Shown here: positions 31,175-42,111 of the stretch, piece by piece
Numbering within the stretch: position 1 is the first letter of the stretch
Layout: the number at the start of each line of letters is the position of its first letter
DNA from: Bdellovibrionales bacterium
GTDB taxonomy: Bacteria > Bdellovibrionota > Bdellovibrionia > Bdellovibrionales > UBA1609
Reading direction: 5' to 3'
Assembly (NCBI GenBank): GCA_965261545.1
Contig: CBDHDF010000007.1
Coordinates: 192,001-256,000, forward strand
Length of the DNA stretch: 64,000 nucleotides
Program-made: the position numbers and the translations under genes
The notes under the pieces: model-generated
Seen by the model: the letters and a program-made list of their open reading frames with translations, nothing else
What the model was told of the DNA's origin: nothing
The model's database searches: none

Positions 31175-32665
31175 CGAATTGGGTCAAAAATAACGACACC
31201 AAGACGCATCACATTAAAACACCTTCGTGGTGCCCGGGTTATGGTCCTCCACCTGGCTGGCTCATTATTCCGACACCGAGTTCCCACTTTTCTCTTTTTG
31301 AGTCAAAAATGTGCGTTGAGGAGACTCCCTCACTCAATAAGACACCGGTTGTTACGCCTTCTAAAACAGATCAGCCGAGCTACCCCTCTGTTGATCCTCT
31401 CAGTAAGATTGATCTTTGGAAACAAACAATCAACGAGGGGGTCTTCAGTGAGGGAGTCGGCTGTTAATGCTTACTTAACTGCAATTTCAGGCTTATATCA
31501 ACAAAGTTCTAAGGCTAAAAAAGGGGAGTTGCTAGATCATGCGGAACTGGTCACAAACCTCTCTAGGAAGCGACTCATAAGGAGATTAAACGAGATTCAA
31601 CAAAATAATGGCTCTGTGCCACTCAAGCGGTCAGGGAGGCCTCTGGCTTATTCTCAAGAGGAGTTACGACCCCACATCAAATATTTGTGGGAACAAATGG
31701 AAAAAATCTCGGCTGTACGAATAAAAGCCGCTCTACCGGATTGGCTCCCCAATTATGAGTCGTGTCCTCCCCACTTAAAGCTTCAGTTAGAAAAAATGAG
31801 TGCCAGCACCTTGAAGCGTTATCTGAAGGAAATTCGCTTGGCTTCATTGGTCTCTAAGGGATTGTCCACAACCTGTCCTGCCCAATATATGAAAAATAAG
31901 GTTCCCATCAATACACTGGACTCCAAGGTCACAAGGCCTGGTTATATACAAACAGATACGGTTGCTCACTGTGGAACGAGTGCCCAAGGCCCTTTTATCA
32001 GCTCTCTTACAGTGACCGACATTAACACCACATGGACAGAGTGTCGGGCTATGTTTACCAAGAAAGGGACGGAGGTGAGAAGGCAAATCAACAACATTAA
32101 CCAAGCTATACCTTTTAAACTACTGGCCATGAACTCAGACTCAGGAAGTGAGTTCTTAAACAAGCCTGTCCTTCAATTCACCCAATTATCTAACATCAAG
32201 TTCACTCGTTCTCGCCCCTACAAAAAGAATGACAACTGCTACATTGAGCAAAAAAACTTCACCCACGTCAGAGAATTGTTTGGCTATGAGAGGTTTGAAG
32301 ATCCAAGGCTAGTTCCTTTAATGAATGACATTTATAAAAACCACTGGAGTCCCCTCCAGAACTTCTTTCTCCCCACATTTAAACTTCAGGAAAAGGTACG
32401 AGTGGGAGCCAGAATCAAGAAAAAGTATGGCACCCCTAAGACTCCCTATCAGAGAGTTATTGAAAGTGGGGTATTAAACCATGAGGAGGATGAAGCACTG
32501 AGGAGGCGTAAAGCTGAACTCAACCCCTTTGAGCTAAAGAGGGGACTTGAACTAAAACTTAAAGAGTTTTTCAAATTAGTACGACAGGAAAATATCAAGG
32601 AGGTGGCATAAGATGAGCAAAATGACAAACCGCTCCTTGGTGTCGTTTACTTATGACCCAATACG
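31175..32665 (+). mobile_element. IS with an integrase-core (rve) transposase (ISNCY-type), inserted in istB
   Basis: IR CGAATTGGGTCA..AACGACACCAAG / CTTGGTGTCGTT..TGACCCAATACG; 5-bp TSD CGCCA (31170-31174 and 32666-32670). Confidence 0.88.
31448..32611 (+). CDS. Integrase-core DDE transposase
   Basis: QTDTVAHCG, LTVTD, NSDSGSEF, TRSRPYKKNDNCYIEQKN. Start moved to GTG 31448, inside the IS. Confidence 0.88.
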   Translation: MRESAVNAYLTAISGLYQQSSKAKKGELLDHAELVTNLSRKRLIRRLNEIQQNNGSVPLKRSGRPLAYSQEELRPHIKYLWEQMEKISAVRIKAALPDWLPNYESCPPHLKLQLEKMSASTLKRYLKEIRLASLVSKGLSTTCPAQYMKNKVPINTLDSKVTRPGYIQTDTVAHCGTSAQGPFISSLTVTDINTTWTECRAMFTKKGTEVRRQINNINQAIPFKLLAMNSDSGSEFLNKPVLQFTQLSNIKFTRSRPYKKNDNCYIEQKNFTHVRELFGYERFEDPRLVPLMNDIYKNHWSPLQNFFLPTFKLQEKVRVGARIKKKYGTPKTPYQRVIESGVLNHEEDEALRRRKAELNPFELKRGLELKLKEFFKLVRQENIKEVA

Positions 32666-32721
32666 CGCCATCGCTGGAAGTCGGAGTTTTTTAAGAGAAC
32701 CTATAAGTTCTTCGTGATTCA

Positions 32722-34188
32722 TTAAGAACCTCCTATGTTTGGAACAAGACTGTCATATTGAGACAATCTAGGTTGAAGTGGTTTTTGTTGGTCATTCAAA
32801 TTAATTTTGGTGGGATTTCCTAAGAGCAAATCTTTTATGGATTTAAAGTCGAAAATCTCACGACTTTCTAATTGAAGCTCCATGGCTGTAGATAAGTCCT
32901 GCCAACTCACATGCTGAATCAAGTTGATAACTCTTAAATATTCATGCTCGGCACGGCTTGAATCTTGTTGCTTGAGGTATTGATAAAAATTTTCAAACAC
33001 ATTTGTTGGAAAAAGAATGGATCGGTGAGCCCATCTTACCATGGCTTGCGGCTTACGAACTAAAGAGGGAAGGATATGTTCAAGAAGAAGACTATGCTCC
33101 CCATCAGGTTTTCTTTGATGGCGAGCGACAATTTCTTGCTTCCCTCCTGCACGATAGATCGTGACATGATAGGGACCCTGTACGGTTTTACAGGGAGATT
33201 GGATCACCTCATCAGGTATGGAATATGTGGTTTTACCTATTCTCAAAGTCCCATAACCATTACTTTGACAAATATTCACCTTACAGAGAATATCTTCATC
33301 TCGTGGAGGCAAAGGCTTAAGAACTTTGGCCTCCTCCTCAAAGCGAGATTTGGTGGAGTCACTCTGATGCTGATCCATATAAGACTCTAAAAACTGATTC
33401 AAATGATCCCAGTCTTTAAAAACAATTCCTTTGTTTCTAACAATATTTTTTATCCGAGAACTGAAGGTTCGAATATCACGCTCCACATCTCCCTTGTCAG
33501 AGCCCTTCCCTGCGCGGCAGGGAAGAACCTTAAATCCATAGTATTGGATGGCTCGATCAAAAGATTGGGTGTAAATTCGCTGATTTCCTTTAAGAACTTT
33601 CTTCACACAGGGAGATAAATTATCAATACGGATGTTCGCACTCATCCCACCTATCTTTTCAAAAAAAGCATGCACCCCATCGATGAAACACTCATAGACA
33701 AGAAAGGGGTAGGCACGAACCCAACAGGTGCCACTACAAGGCAATGTTCCAAAATGGAGATGAACGATCTGAACACCATCGGCAAATGGTAAAGCAACCT
33801 TCTCCTTAAAATCAAACTGAGCCTGTTCTCCAGGATCATATCTTTGGCTGAAAAAACGCTCCTTGGGGCGAGAACCAAGAATCTCACAAACTCTTCTCTG
33901 AACCGTTCTCTCACTCCCACGATAACCCTCCTCAACTAATAGCTCATATATTTCACGGGCGGTGTTACTTGGGTTCAACTTCAAAAAGTACTTCACCCGA
34001 TCCATATATCCATTAAGGGGATCTGGGCGAGTTCTTTTGGACCTCGCCTTGTACTTCGGTGGGGTGTTGGACTTACAGTACTTGCGCACCGTCTTACGAT
34101 TGATCCCTAATTCACGAGATATTTCTGTCTTATTTTTACCACTGTGACTCAGGTCACGAATGCGGCCGAAAGTGTATTGACTAATCAT
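32722..34188 (-). CDS. istA: IS21 transposase IstA
   Basis: HTH ISRELGINRKTVRKY, PGEQAQFDF, RIDN, DKGDVER. ATG 34188 follows a GAGGAGG RBS; TAATG couples it to istB. Confidence 0.93.
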   Translation of the reverse strand: MISQYTFGRIRDLSHSGKNKTEISRELGINRKTVRKYCKSNTPPKYKARSKRTRPDPLNGYMDRVKYFLKLNPSNTAREIYELLVEEGYRGSERTVQRRVCEILGSRPKERFFSQRYDPGEQAQFDFKEKVALPFADGVQIVHLHFGTLPCSGTCWVRAYPFLVYECFIDGVHAFFEKIGGMSANIRIDNLSPCVKKVLKGNQRIYTQSFDRAIQYYGFKVLPCRAGKGSDKGDVERDIRTFSSRIKNIVRNKGIVFKDWDHLNQFLESYMDQHQSDSTKSRFEEEAKVLKPLPPRDEDILCKVNICQSNGYGTLRIGKTTYSIPDEVIQSPCKTVQGPYHVTIYRAGGKQEIVARHQRKPDGEHSLLLEHILPSLVRKPQAMVRWAHRSILFPTNVFENFYQYLKQQDSSRAEHEYLRVINLIQHVSWQDLSTAMELQLESREIFDFKSIKDLLLGNPTKINLNDQQKPLQPRLSQYDSLVPNIGGS

Positions 34189-34760
34189 AAGATCCTCCTC
34201 ATTGCTAACCTTTTGAGTTGCAAAAGGGAGGGACTCTGTGAGCTTAGTATCTATATCAGAAGAAGAGACTTCATTGTCTAGTATTTGAACACTCCCTGAA
34301 GATTGGTCACTTTTCATTGGCGACAACCTCCATATTGAAAGTGGGACATTTTAATTGGCGACGGCTTTAAGGGAAGCCTGTCTTCAAAAAGAAATTCCAT
34401 GAAAATTGAGGCAAATGTTGGAATCTTGTGGAATTTAAATACTTTAGAAAATGGGCACAGCCTAAACAGGCTTTTCTTGACTATATATTTAACCTCATTG
34501 AAATCCAGAAACAGTCTACAAATGAGAAATATGGAACCTGAATAGGCTGTCATGGAAGGACTCTCCAACACGGAGCCCCTTTCCAGGTCGACAAGAACCC
34601 AAAAGGAGTTCTTATCAGCTCGGAGCCTTTTTATGAGTAATATCAATTGATTATATGCGTCTCGGTTGACAATGCCAAAAATCACCATAGGTCCTCCTCT
34701 GAAAAGTGGCCACTTTTCATTGGCGACGGTGGGGCATTTTAATTGTCAGCTAACAAATAG

Positions 34761-36471
34761 TTACTATGAATCTCCGGGGTAGTTTGGACGCACGAATCCA
34801 CTATCCGTTCTTCGAATTTTTTCAAATGTCCGAGTTTTTAAATCATCCTACATTACATGAAATCATACTTTTTTAACGCTCTAATCCACCTTGGTGCATT
34901 TTTTTTCACCATGAGCTTTTCATAGTCAATTCCAGGGTCTTTGTAGGGGGTGTCATTACTTATGACTGAATAAACAACTCCCATCATTTTGTGACCAACG
35001 GCAATCACTGATCTCTTGTGCCCACGCCTTATAACAAGTGATTGGTATTTGCCTTTGAATTGTGAATTCGTCTTAATAGCACTATTGGCCATCTCACATA
35101 CCAACGATTTCACATATGTGTTCGCTTTCCTCGTTCGTGAAGACTTTTTTTCCTGCGCTCTCATTATTGGATGGGCAAATCCCCATCCAGGAGCAAAAAT
35201 TTCCTTTATTTTTAAAAGACTTCACATTGCCTCCTATTTCTGCAATCAAAAGCGCTGCACTTAATTCGTCAATTCCAGGTATAGTCTGGAGTAGATGCCA
35301 CTGCCTTTCATAGGGTTTCATACGAATGAAAAGTTCTTCTTCAATTTGAGAGCATTCTTTTTTCAAAAAATCTATTCGATCAAGAATGCGTTGAAGAACA
35401 AAACGATTTTCTTCCGTCATCTTTCCCGACAGGGCGTAAGAAAATTCTTCGGTCTTTTGACGTAAAGACCCTCTGGCAAGAGACATCAATTTAGAAACTG
35501 ATCTCTCTCCATTAGCTATGGCACGAATCATGGCCATACCAGATACGCAGTCAGCTTTAGACATTGCATAGGTTAAACGAATGCCTGAATATTCAAGAAC
35601 CTTATACATACGATTTTGTTCCGAAGATATTTGGCGGATCGTTTTTGTACGATAACGAGCCAAAAGTCTAATAGAACGAATCTCACGTGGAGGAATGAAG
35701 CTAGCTCTTAGAAGACCACAAGCACCAAGCTCTGCAATCCACTGGCTATCCAACACGTCAGTTTTTTTACCAGTAATATTTTTGACATGAAAGGCATTGA
35801 TAACATCTACTTCATAACCTTTTTCTGTCAAATCATCGTATAAAGAATTCCAATAAATCCATCCCTGTGCTCTCAAAAAGAACTCTCTCAACCTTATGTG
35901 GCTTCATCCAAGAGCGCATTCTAGGAAAATTTTTTGGAAAATTCTTGAACTCTTTTGTGAAAAACTTCTTCTTACCGTCTTCCACTTTGACAATCGTACA
36001 CATCAACATATGTTGATGAACATCTATTCCACAAACAGAACTATAAATAATATCCACATGACTCCTCCTTTCTGTTAGAAAAAAAGAAGGTGATAAAACT
36101 AGAGCCTTGGGATTTTGCCATAAATTCTAAAGCGAAAATAGGTCAACTTACTATACGTCCATACACTCAGAGTGCAGGTACATGCGTGGGTTCGATCCAA
36201 AGCTCAAGACCATGTTACTTCACGGAATTAAAATTACCAATCTATTCAACGGCCACTCATCTTATCACCTTCCAATAATGTTATTGCTTTATCCTTTATT
36301 GTATCGGAATCATACATGACAAAAATACCATCAAAAGTCCAGAGTAACTAAAAGAGGCCAATTATATAGACCAGCGAAGCTGTCCACCGAGTTGCTTCGT
36401 GCAAAGAAGTGGGGGCCTAGATAAGATTCATGGGCGTGGGTGGGGAAGCAAGGCGCCCCCATGAATGTTAC
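34761..36471 (-). mobile_element. IS110-family element, copy 3 (1711 bp; GGAT duplication; recombinase pseudogene 34853-36057; bridge-like RNA 36086-36272)
   Basis: Same ends as copy 1; ATCCATCC at 35857-35864. Confidence 0.95.
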
Positions 36472-36800
36472 ACATTTTCCATATTGGTGACTTTGGAAGT
36501 ATCCCAACCACTGACATCTGGGTTTGCCTTGATGGCTCCTAAAAACATACCTTTCATATCTTTAACCATAGAGGTGTCCCACCCACTTGTATCTGGATTT
36601 ACCTCAGCGGCATTTCGAAATAAATTCGCCATATCAACAACCTTGGAGGTATTCCAGCTACTTGTATTTGGATTTGCCTTGGTGGTCCCCAAAAACATAC
36701 CTCTCATATCTTTAACCATAGAGGTGTCCCAACCATTCGTATCTGGTATGGCTAAAACAGCTCTGTGAAACATATTTTTCATATTCGTAACAGCTGACAT
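36468..36800 (-). CDS. 110-aa DUF285/BspA-repeat ORF made by duplication
   Basis: WDTS.V.DM..MF repeats; GGAGG RBS; stop codon supplied by the IS GTAA. Confidence 0.5.
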   Translation of the reverse strand: MSAVTNMKNMFHRAVLAIPDTNGWDTSMVKDMRGMFLGTTKANPNTSSWNTSKVVDMANLFRNAAEVNPDTSGWDTSMVKDMKGMFLGAIKANPDVSGWDTSKVTNMENV

Positions 36801-36815
36801 ATTTCCTCCAAGGAC

Positions 36816-38522
36816 TTACTATGAATCTCCGGGGTAGTTTGGACGCACGAATCCACTATCCGTTCTTCGAATTTTTTCAAATGTCCGAGTTTTTAAATCA
36901 TCCTACATTACATGAAATCATACTTTTTTAACGCTCTAATCCACCTTGGTGCATTTTTTTTCACCATGAGCTTTTCATAGTCAATTCCAGGGTCTTTGTA
37001 GGGGGTGTCATTACTTATGACTGAATAAACAACTCCCATCATTTTGTGACCAACGGCAATCACTGATCTCTTGTGCCCACGCCTTATAACAAGTGATTGG
37101 TATTTGCCTTTGAATTGTGAATTCGTCTTAATAGCACTATTGGCCATCTCACATACCAACGATTTCACATATGTGTTCGCTTTCCTCGTTCGTGAAGACT
37201 TTTTTTCCTGCGCTCTCATTATTGGATGGGCAAATCCCCATCCAGGAGCAAAAATTTCCTTTATTTTTAAAAGACTTCACATTGCCTCCTATTTCTGCAA
37301 TCAAAAGCGCTGCACTTAATTCGTCAATTCCAGGTATAGTCTGGAGTAGATGCCACTGCCTTTCATAGGGTTTCATACGAATGAAAAGTTCTTCTTCAAT
37401 TTGAGAGCATTCTTTTTTCAAAAAATCTATTCGATCAAGAATGCGTTGAAGAACAAAACGATTTTCTTCCGTCATCTTTCCCGACAGGGCGTAAGAAAAT
37501 TCTTCGGTCTTTTGACGTAAAGACCCTCTGGCAAGAGACATCAATTTAGAAACTGATCTCTCTCCATTAGCTATGGCACGAATCATGGCCATACCAGATA
37601 CGCAGTCAGCTTTAGACATTGCATAGGTTAAACGAATGCCTGAATATTCAAGAACCTTATACATACGATTTTGTTCCGAAGATATTTGGCGGATCGTTTT
37701 TGTACGATAACGAGCCAAAAGTCTAATAGAACGAATCTCACGTGGAGGAATGAAGCTAGCTCTTAGAAGACCACAAGCACCAAGCTCTGCAATCCACTGG
37801 CTATCCAACACGTCAGTTTTTTTACCAGTAATATTTTTGACATGAAAGGCATTGATAACATCTACTTCATAACCTTTTTCTGTCAAATCATCGTATAAAG
37901 AATTCCAATAAATCCCTGTGCTCTCAAAAAGAACTCTCTCAACCTTATGTGGCTTCATCCAAGAGCGCATTCTAGGAAAATTTTTTGGAAAATTCTTGAA
38001 CTCTTTTGTGAAAAACTTCTTCTTACCGTCTTCCACTTTGACAATCGTACACATCAACATATGTTGATGAACATCTATTCCACAAACAGAACTATAAATA
38101 ATATCCACATGACTCCTCCTTTCTGTTAGAAAAAAAGAAGGTGATAAAACTAGAGCCTTGGGATTTTGCCATAAATTCTAAAGCGAAAATAGGTCAACTT
38201 ACTATACGTCCATACACTCAGAGTGCAGGTACATGCGTGGGTTCGATCCAAAGCTCAAGACCATGTTACTTCACGGAATTAAAATTACCAATCTATTCAA
38301 CGGCCACTCATCTTATCACCTTCCAATAATGTTATTGCTTTATCCTTTATTGTATCGGAATCATACATGACAAAAATACCATCAAAAGTCCAGAGTAACT
38401 AAAAGAGGCCAATTATATAGACCAGCGAAGCTGTCCACCGAGTTGCTTCGTGCAAAGAAGTGGGGGCCTAGATAAGATTCATGGGCGTGGGTGGGGAAGC
38501 AAGGCGCCCCCATGAATGTTAC
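36816..38522 (-). mobile_element. IS110-family element, copy 4 (1707 bp; recombinase 36908-38108 with A7 shift; bridge-like RNA 38137-38323)
   Basis: Same ends and ORFs as copy 1. Confidence 0.95.
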
Positions 38523-38851
38523 ACATTTTCCATATTGGTGACTTTGGAAGTATCCCAACCACTGACATCTGGGTTTGCCTTGATGGCTCCTAAAAACATA
38601 CCTTTCATATCTTTAACCATAGAGGTGTCCCACCCACTTGTATCTGGATTTACCTCAGCGGCATTTCGAAATAAATTCGCCATATCAACAACCTTGGAGG
38701 TATTCCAGCTACTTGTATTTGGATTTGCCTTGGTGGTCCCCAAAAACATACCTCTCATATCTTTAACCATAGAGGTGTCCCAACCATTCGTATCTGGTAT
38801 GGCTAAAACAGCTCTGTGAAACATATTTTTCATATTCGTAACAGCTGACAT
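38519..38851 (-). CDS. 110-aa DUF285/BspA-repeat ORF, second duplicate
   Basis: Same protein as 36468-36800. Confidence 0.5.
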   Translation of the reverse strand: MSAVTNMKNMFHRAVLAIPDTNGWDTSMVKDMRGMFLGTTKANPNTSSWNTSKVVDMANLFRNAAEVNPDTSGWDTSMVKDMKGMFLGAIKANPDVSGWDTSKVTNMENV

Positions 38852-38866
38852 ATTTCCTCCAAGGAC

Positions 38867-40573
38867 TTACTATGAATCTCCGGGGTAGTTTGGACGCACG
38901 AATCCACTATCCGTTCTTCGAATTTTTTCAAATGTCCGAGTTTTTAAATCATCCTACATTACATGAAATCATACTTTTTTAACGCTCTAATCCACCTTGG
39001 TGCATTTTTTTTCACCATGAGCTTTTCATAGTCAATTCCAGGGTCTTTGTAGGGGGTGTCATTACTTATGACTGAATAAACAACTCCCATCATTTTGTGA
39101 CCAACGGCAATCACTGATCTCTTGTGCCCACGCCTTATAACAAGTGATTGGTATTTGCCTTTGAATTGTGAATTCGTCTTAATAGCACTATTGGCCATCT
39201 CACATACCAACGATTTCACATATGTGTTCGCTTTCCTCGTTCGTGAAGACTTTTTTTCCTGCGCTCTCATTATTGGATGGGCAAATCCCCATCCAGGAGC
39301 AAAAATTTCCTTTATTTTTAAAAGACTTCACATTGCCTCCTATTTCTGCAATCAAAAGCGCTGCACTTAATTCGTCAATTCCAGGTATAGTCTGGAGTAG
39401 ATGCCACTGCCTTTCATAGGGTTTCATACGAATGAAAAGTTCTTCTTCAATTTGAGAGCATTCTTTTTTCAAAAAATCTATTCGATCAAGAATGCGTTGA
39501 AGAACAAAACGATTTTCTTCCGTCATCTTTCCCGACAGGGCGTAAGAAAATTCTTCGGTCTTTTGACGTAAAGACCCTCTGGCAAGAGACATCAATTTAG
39601 AAACTGATCTCTCTCCATTAGCTATGGCACGAATCATGGCCATACCAGATACGCAGTCAGCTTTAGACATTGCATAGGTTAAACGAATGCCTGAATATTC
39701 AAGAACCTTATACATACGATTTTGTTCCGAAGATATTTGGCGGATCGTTTTTGTACGATAACGAGCCAAAAGTCTAATAGAACGAATCTCACGTGGAGGA
39801 ATGAAGCTAGCTCTTAGAAGACCACAAGCACCAAGCTCTGCAATCCACTGGCTATCCAACACGTCAGTTTTTTTACCAGTAATATTTTTGACATGAAAGG
39901 CATTGATAACATCTACTTCATAACCTTTTTCTGTCAAATCATCGTATAAAGAATTCCAATAAATCCCTGTGCTCTCAAAAAGAACTCTCTCAACCTTATG
40001 TGGCTTCATCCAAGAGCGCATTCTAGGAAAATTTTTTGGAAAATTCTTGAACTCTTTTGTGAAAAACTTCTTCTTACCGTCTTCCACTTTGACAATCGTA
40101 CACATCAACATATGTTGATGAACATCTATTCCACAAACAGAACTATAAATAATATCCACATGACTCCTCCTTTCTGTTAGAAAAAAAGAAGGTGATAAAA
40201 CTAGAGCCTTGGGATTTTGCCATAAATTCTAAAGCGAAAATAGGTCAACTTACTATACGTCCATACACTCAGAGTGCAGGTACATGCGTGGGTTCGATCC
40301 AAAGCTCAAGACCATGTTACTTCACGGAATTAAAATTACCAATCTATTCAACGGCCACTCATCTTATCACCTTCCAATAATGTTATTGCTTTATCCTTTA
40401 TTGTATCGGAATCATACATGACAAAAATACCATCAAAAGTCCAGAGTAACTAAAAGAGGCCAATTATATAGACCAGCGAAGCTGTCCACCGAGTTGCTTC
40501 GTGCAAAGAAGTGGGGGCCTAGATAAGATTCATGGGCGTGGGTGGGGAAGCAAGGCGCCCCCATGAATGTTAC
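38867..40573 (-). mobile_element. IS110-family element, copy 5 (1707 bp; recombinase 38959-40159 with A7 shift; bridge-like RNA 40188-40374)
   Basis: Same ends and ORFs as copy 4. Confidence 0.95.
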
Positions 40574-41931
40574 ACATTTTCCATATTGGTGACTTTGGAA
40601 GTATCCCAACCACTGACATCTGGGTTTGCCTTGATGGCTCCTAAAAACATACCTTTCATATCTTTAACCATAGAGGTGTCCCACCCACTTGTATCTGGAT
40701 TTACCTCAGCGGCATTTCGAAATAAATTCGCCATATCAACAACCTTGGAGGTATTCCAGCTACTTGTATTTGGATTTGCCTTGGTGGTCCCCAAAAACAT
40801 ACCTCTCATATCTTTAACCATAGAGGTGTCCCAACCATTCGTATCTGGTATGGCTAAAACAGCTCTGTGAAACATATTTTTCATATTCGTAACAGCTGAC
40901 ATATTTCCTCCAAGGACTTTCTTAAGGAGAGAATTACCTTTAAATGCACGAGATAGATCTTTCCATCCCATATTGCCAAAATTGACAACCTCGAAGAGTA
41001 AATTTCTTGAAGATACTGAGGTATTTTCAAAGCCCTCACAAGTACCTATTATCCTCATCGTATATTCTCCAGCTTTCGCATAGGTATGTCTCTTGTCAGT
41101 ATCCTGAAAAGATGTCACCTCGCTAACAGCAGTTTGATCTCCCCAATCCACAGTAAAATTATATTTAAGACTTGAACTTTCTTTAAGGGGAAGGGTGAAT
41201 GAAAAATCACCTTCAGGAATACGCCATTTTGTGACAAAGTGATTAATCTCGTTGGTTACGGAGGACTTGGCTACAAAATTGACGTCACTTTGACTTGCCT
41301 TGATAACAGCTGGATGAGATGATATGTCTTGCACATCAAAATTTCCTGAAAACGTGTTGTCTTGTGTGCATGATAAAATCTTTTCTACATTGGGTTCCCC
41401 AATAACAACAGTGACATCTCCAAGGTTGGAATCGCAAGTACCTTTTATGTTATAGTCTGCCATATTGGATGAAGAAATGGCAGACAATTCCTTGAAGCTC
41501 AAATCTATTGGAATGAGAATGAGATTATTATCAACAGTGACACTCTGCTTGTTTCCTTTATGGGTGACCGTAATAGTGGCTTTTTTTGAAGTGATTTGTC
41601 GGGTATCAACATATCCTGAGAAAGTATTGGAACGACAGGGTACTTCTACAGGTTTGGTTATGGGCTCTCCAATAACTATCGAAACATTTCCATTTCCCCC
41701 CAAAGCTGAATGGCAGGCTCCCCAAACAAGATATTCGCTCGCATTGGCTGAAGAAATTGGCAGAAGTGATCCATTGATACTAAGTTTTGTAACACTGAAA
41801 ACCTTTGTCTTTTTTCTATTTGATCCTTTATCACAACCCACAAAAATCATTAGAGATAAAATGAATAAAAAGTGAAACTTTAAATATTTTTTGACTATCA
41901 TGATGAATTTCCTCAAGTTGACATTTTTCAA
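40570..41931 (-). CDS. DUF285/BspA-type repeat surface lipoprotein, 3'-truncated by IS insertion
   Basis: Lipobox IFVGC; FVTKW...FTVDWGD...HTYAKAGEY (PKD-like); ~25-aa WDTS repeats ending at the TAA of the IS GTAA. Confidence 0.88.
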   Translation of the reverse strand: MKNVNLRKFIMIVKKYLKFHFLFILSLMIFVGCDKGSNRKKTKVFSVTKLSINGSLLPISSANASEYLVWGACHSALGGNGNVSIVIGEPITKPVEVPCRSNTFSGYVDTRQITSKKATITVTHKGNKQSVTVDNNLILIPIDLSFKELSAISSSNMADYNIKGTCDSNLGDVTVVIGEPNVEKILSCTQDNTFSGNFDVQDISSHPAVIKASQSDVNFVAKSSVTNEINHFVTKWRIPEGDFSFTLPLKESSSLKYNFTVDWGDQTAVSEVTSFQDTDKRHTYAKAGEYTMRIIGTCEGFENTSVSSRNLLFEVVNFGNMGWKDLSRAFKGNSLLKKVLGGNMSAVTNMKNMFHRAVLAIPDTNGWDTSMVKDMRGMFLGTTKANPNTSSWNTSKVVDMANLFRNAAEVNPDTSGWDTSMVKDMKGMFLGAIKANPDVSGWDTSKVTNMENV

Positions 41932-42111
41932 TGAGTTATCGCATGTCTATGATTCGGAGGAACAAGCTCAAAATATGAGAGTCAAGACCAAAAAGATACA
42001 TGTCAATATGATGATATTATTATCTTTAATCTTGATATTGCGAAATTTCAAGATTTTAAGGTTTCGAGAATTCAAGATTACAAGAGTGCAAGATTGAGAA
42101 TTCGGTATTCT

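Larger units (their letters stand above)
30444..32722 (-). pseudogene. istB: IS21 helper ATPase IstB, interrupted by an IS
   Basis: MNHEELIGSLKKLRLPAMA (32722-32666) joins DEYVAT...GSFGMGKSHL...CDELGY...TTNL...DRIIH once 31175-32665 and one TSD are removed. Confidence 0.92.
30014..34755 (-). mobile_element. IS21-family element
   Basis: TGTTAG...CTAACA ends; internal GTCGCCAAT repeats; 5-bp TSD AATAG (30009-30013 and 34756-34760); istA and istB. Confidence 0.93.
34761..40917 (-). repeat. Three-unit tandem array, period 2051 bp (IS110 plus 344 bp of DUF285 gene)
   Basis: Units start at 34761, 36816 and 38867. The 344-bp spacers are 36472-36815, 38523-38866 and 40574-40917. Confidence 0.95.

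Noticed and set aside
31154..31447. Long N-terminal extension of the rve transposase in the ORF track
   Set aside because: It starts outside the IS boundary (31175); GTG 31448 is the plausible start.
34761..40917. CRISPR-like or integron-like array
   Set aside because: Units are 2 kb with identical spacers. No short repeat/unique-spacer pattern, cas genes, integrase or attC sites.
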